NCBI RefSeq assembly: GCF_037042905.1
Contig: NC_087247.1
Span: 21,080,001 to 21,144,000 of the forward strand
Length of the DNA: 64,000 bases
Origin: Lytechinus pictus
Taxonomy: Eukaryota
Reading direction: 5' to 3'
This document shows, one piece after another, positions 63,992-64,000 of this stretch. The position numbers and the translations under genes were made by a program. The first letter of the stretch is position 1. The number at the start of each line of letters is the position of its first letter. The notes under the pieces were generated by a model, which made no database searches, was not told where the DNA came from, and saw only the letters and a program-made list of their open reading frames with translations.

Positions 63992-64000
63992 CTGAAAGAA

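Overview
AT-rich, intron-rich animal DNA; a marine invertebrate such as a sea urchin is inferred from the repeat landscape and gene family, not proven. The window holds a tandem cluster of five type-B carboxylesterase/cholinesterase-fold paralogs, whose exons I reconstructed by hand from GT-AG boundaries. Gene 1 (+, 7713-14096): 8 exons, 609 aa. Gene 2 (-, 25823-17154): damaged at its 3' end, catalytic His exon missing. Gene 3 (-, 38370-26650): 10 exons, 613 aa. Gene 4 (-, 51640-43306): 10 exons, 604 aa. Gene 5 (-, 63991-55231): 5' end outside the window. All five end in an acetylcholinesterase-type WAT/T-peptide tetramerisation exon. The four whose N-termini are visible lack the Trp84 choline-binding omega loop, and the active-site motifs differ between paralogs (GQSAG/GESAG/GVSSG/GESAG/GVSCG, with Asp instead of Glu as the triad acid in gene 1). 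Introns and spacers are full of non-autonomous DNA transposons (Kolobok/T2-like, Tc1-like, Harbinger-like, CACTG-ended, hAT-like, Helentron-like), tRNA-derived SINEs, one CR1/L2 LINE fragment, microsatellites and two assembly gaps. Most short ORFs in the supplied track are exon fragments, antisense shadows or repeats.
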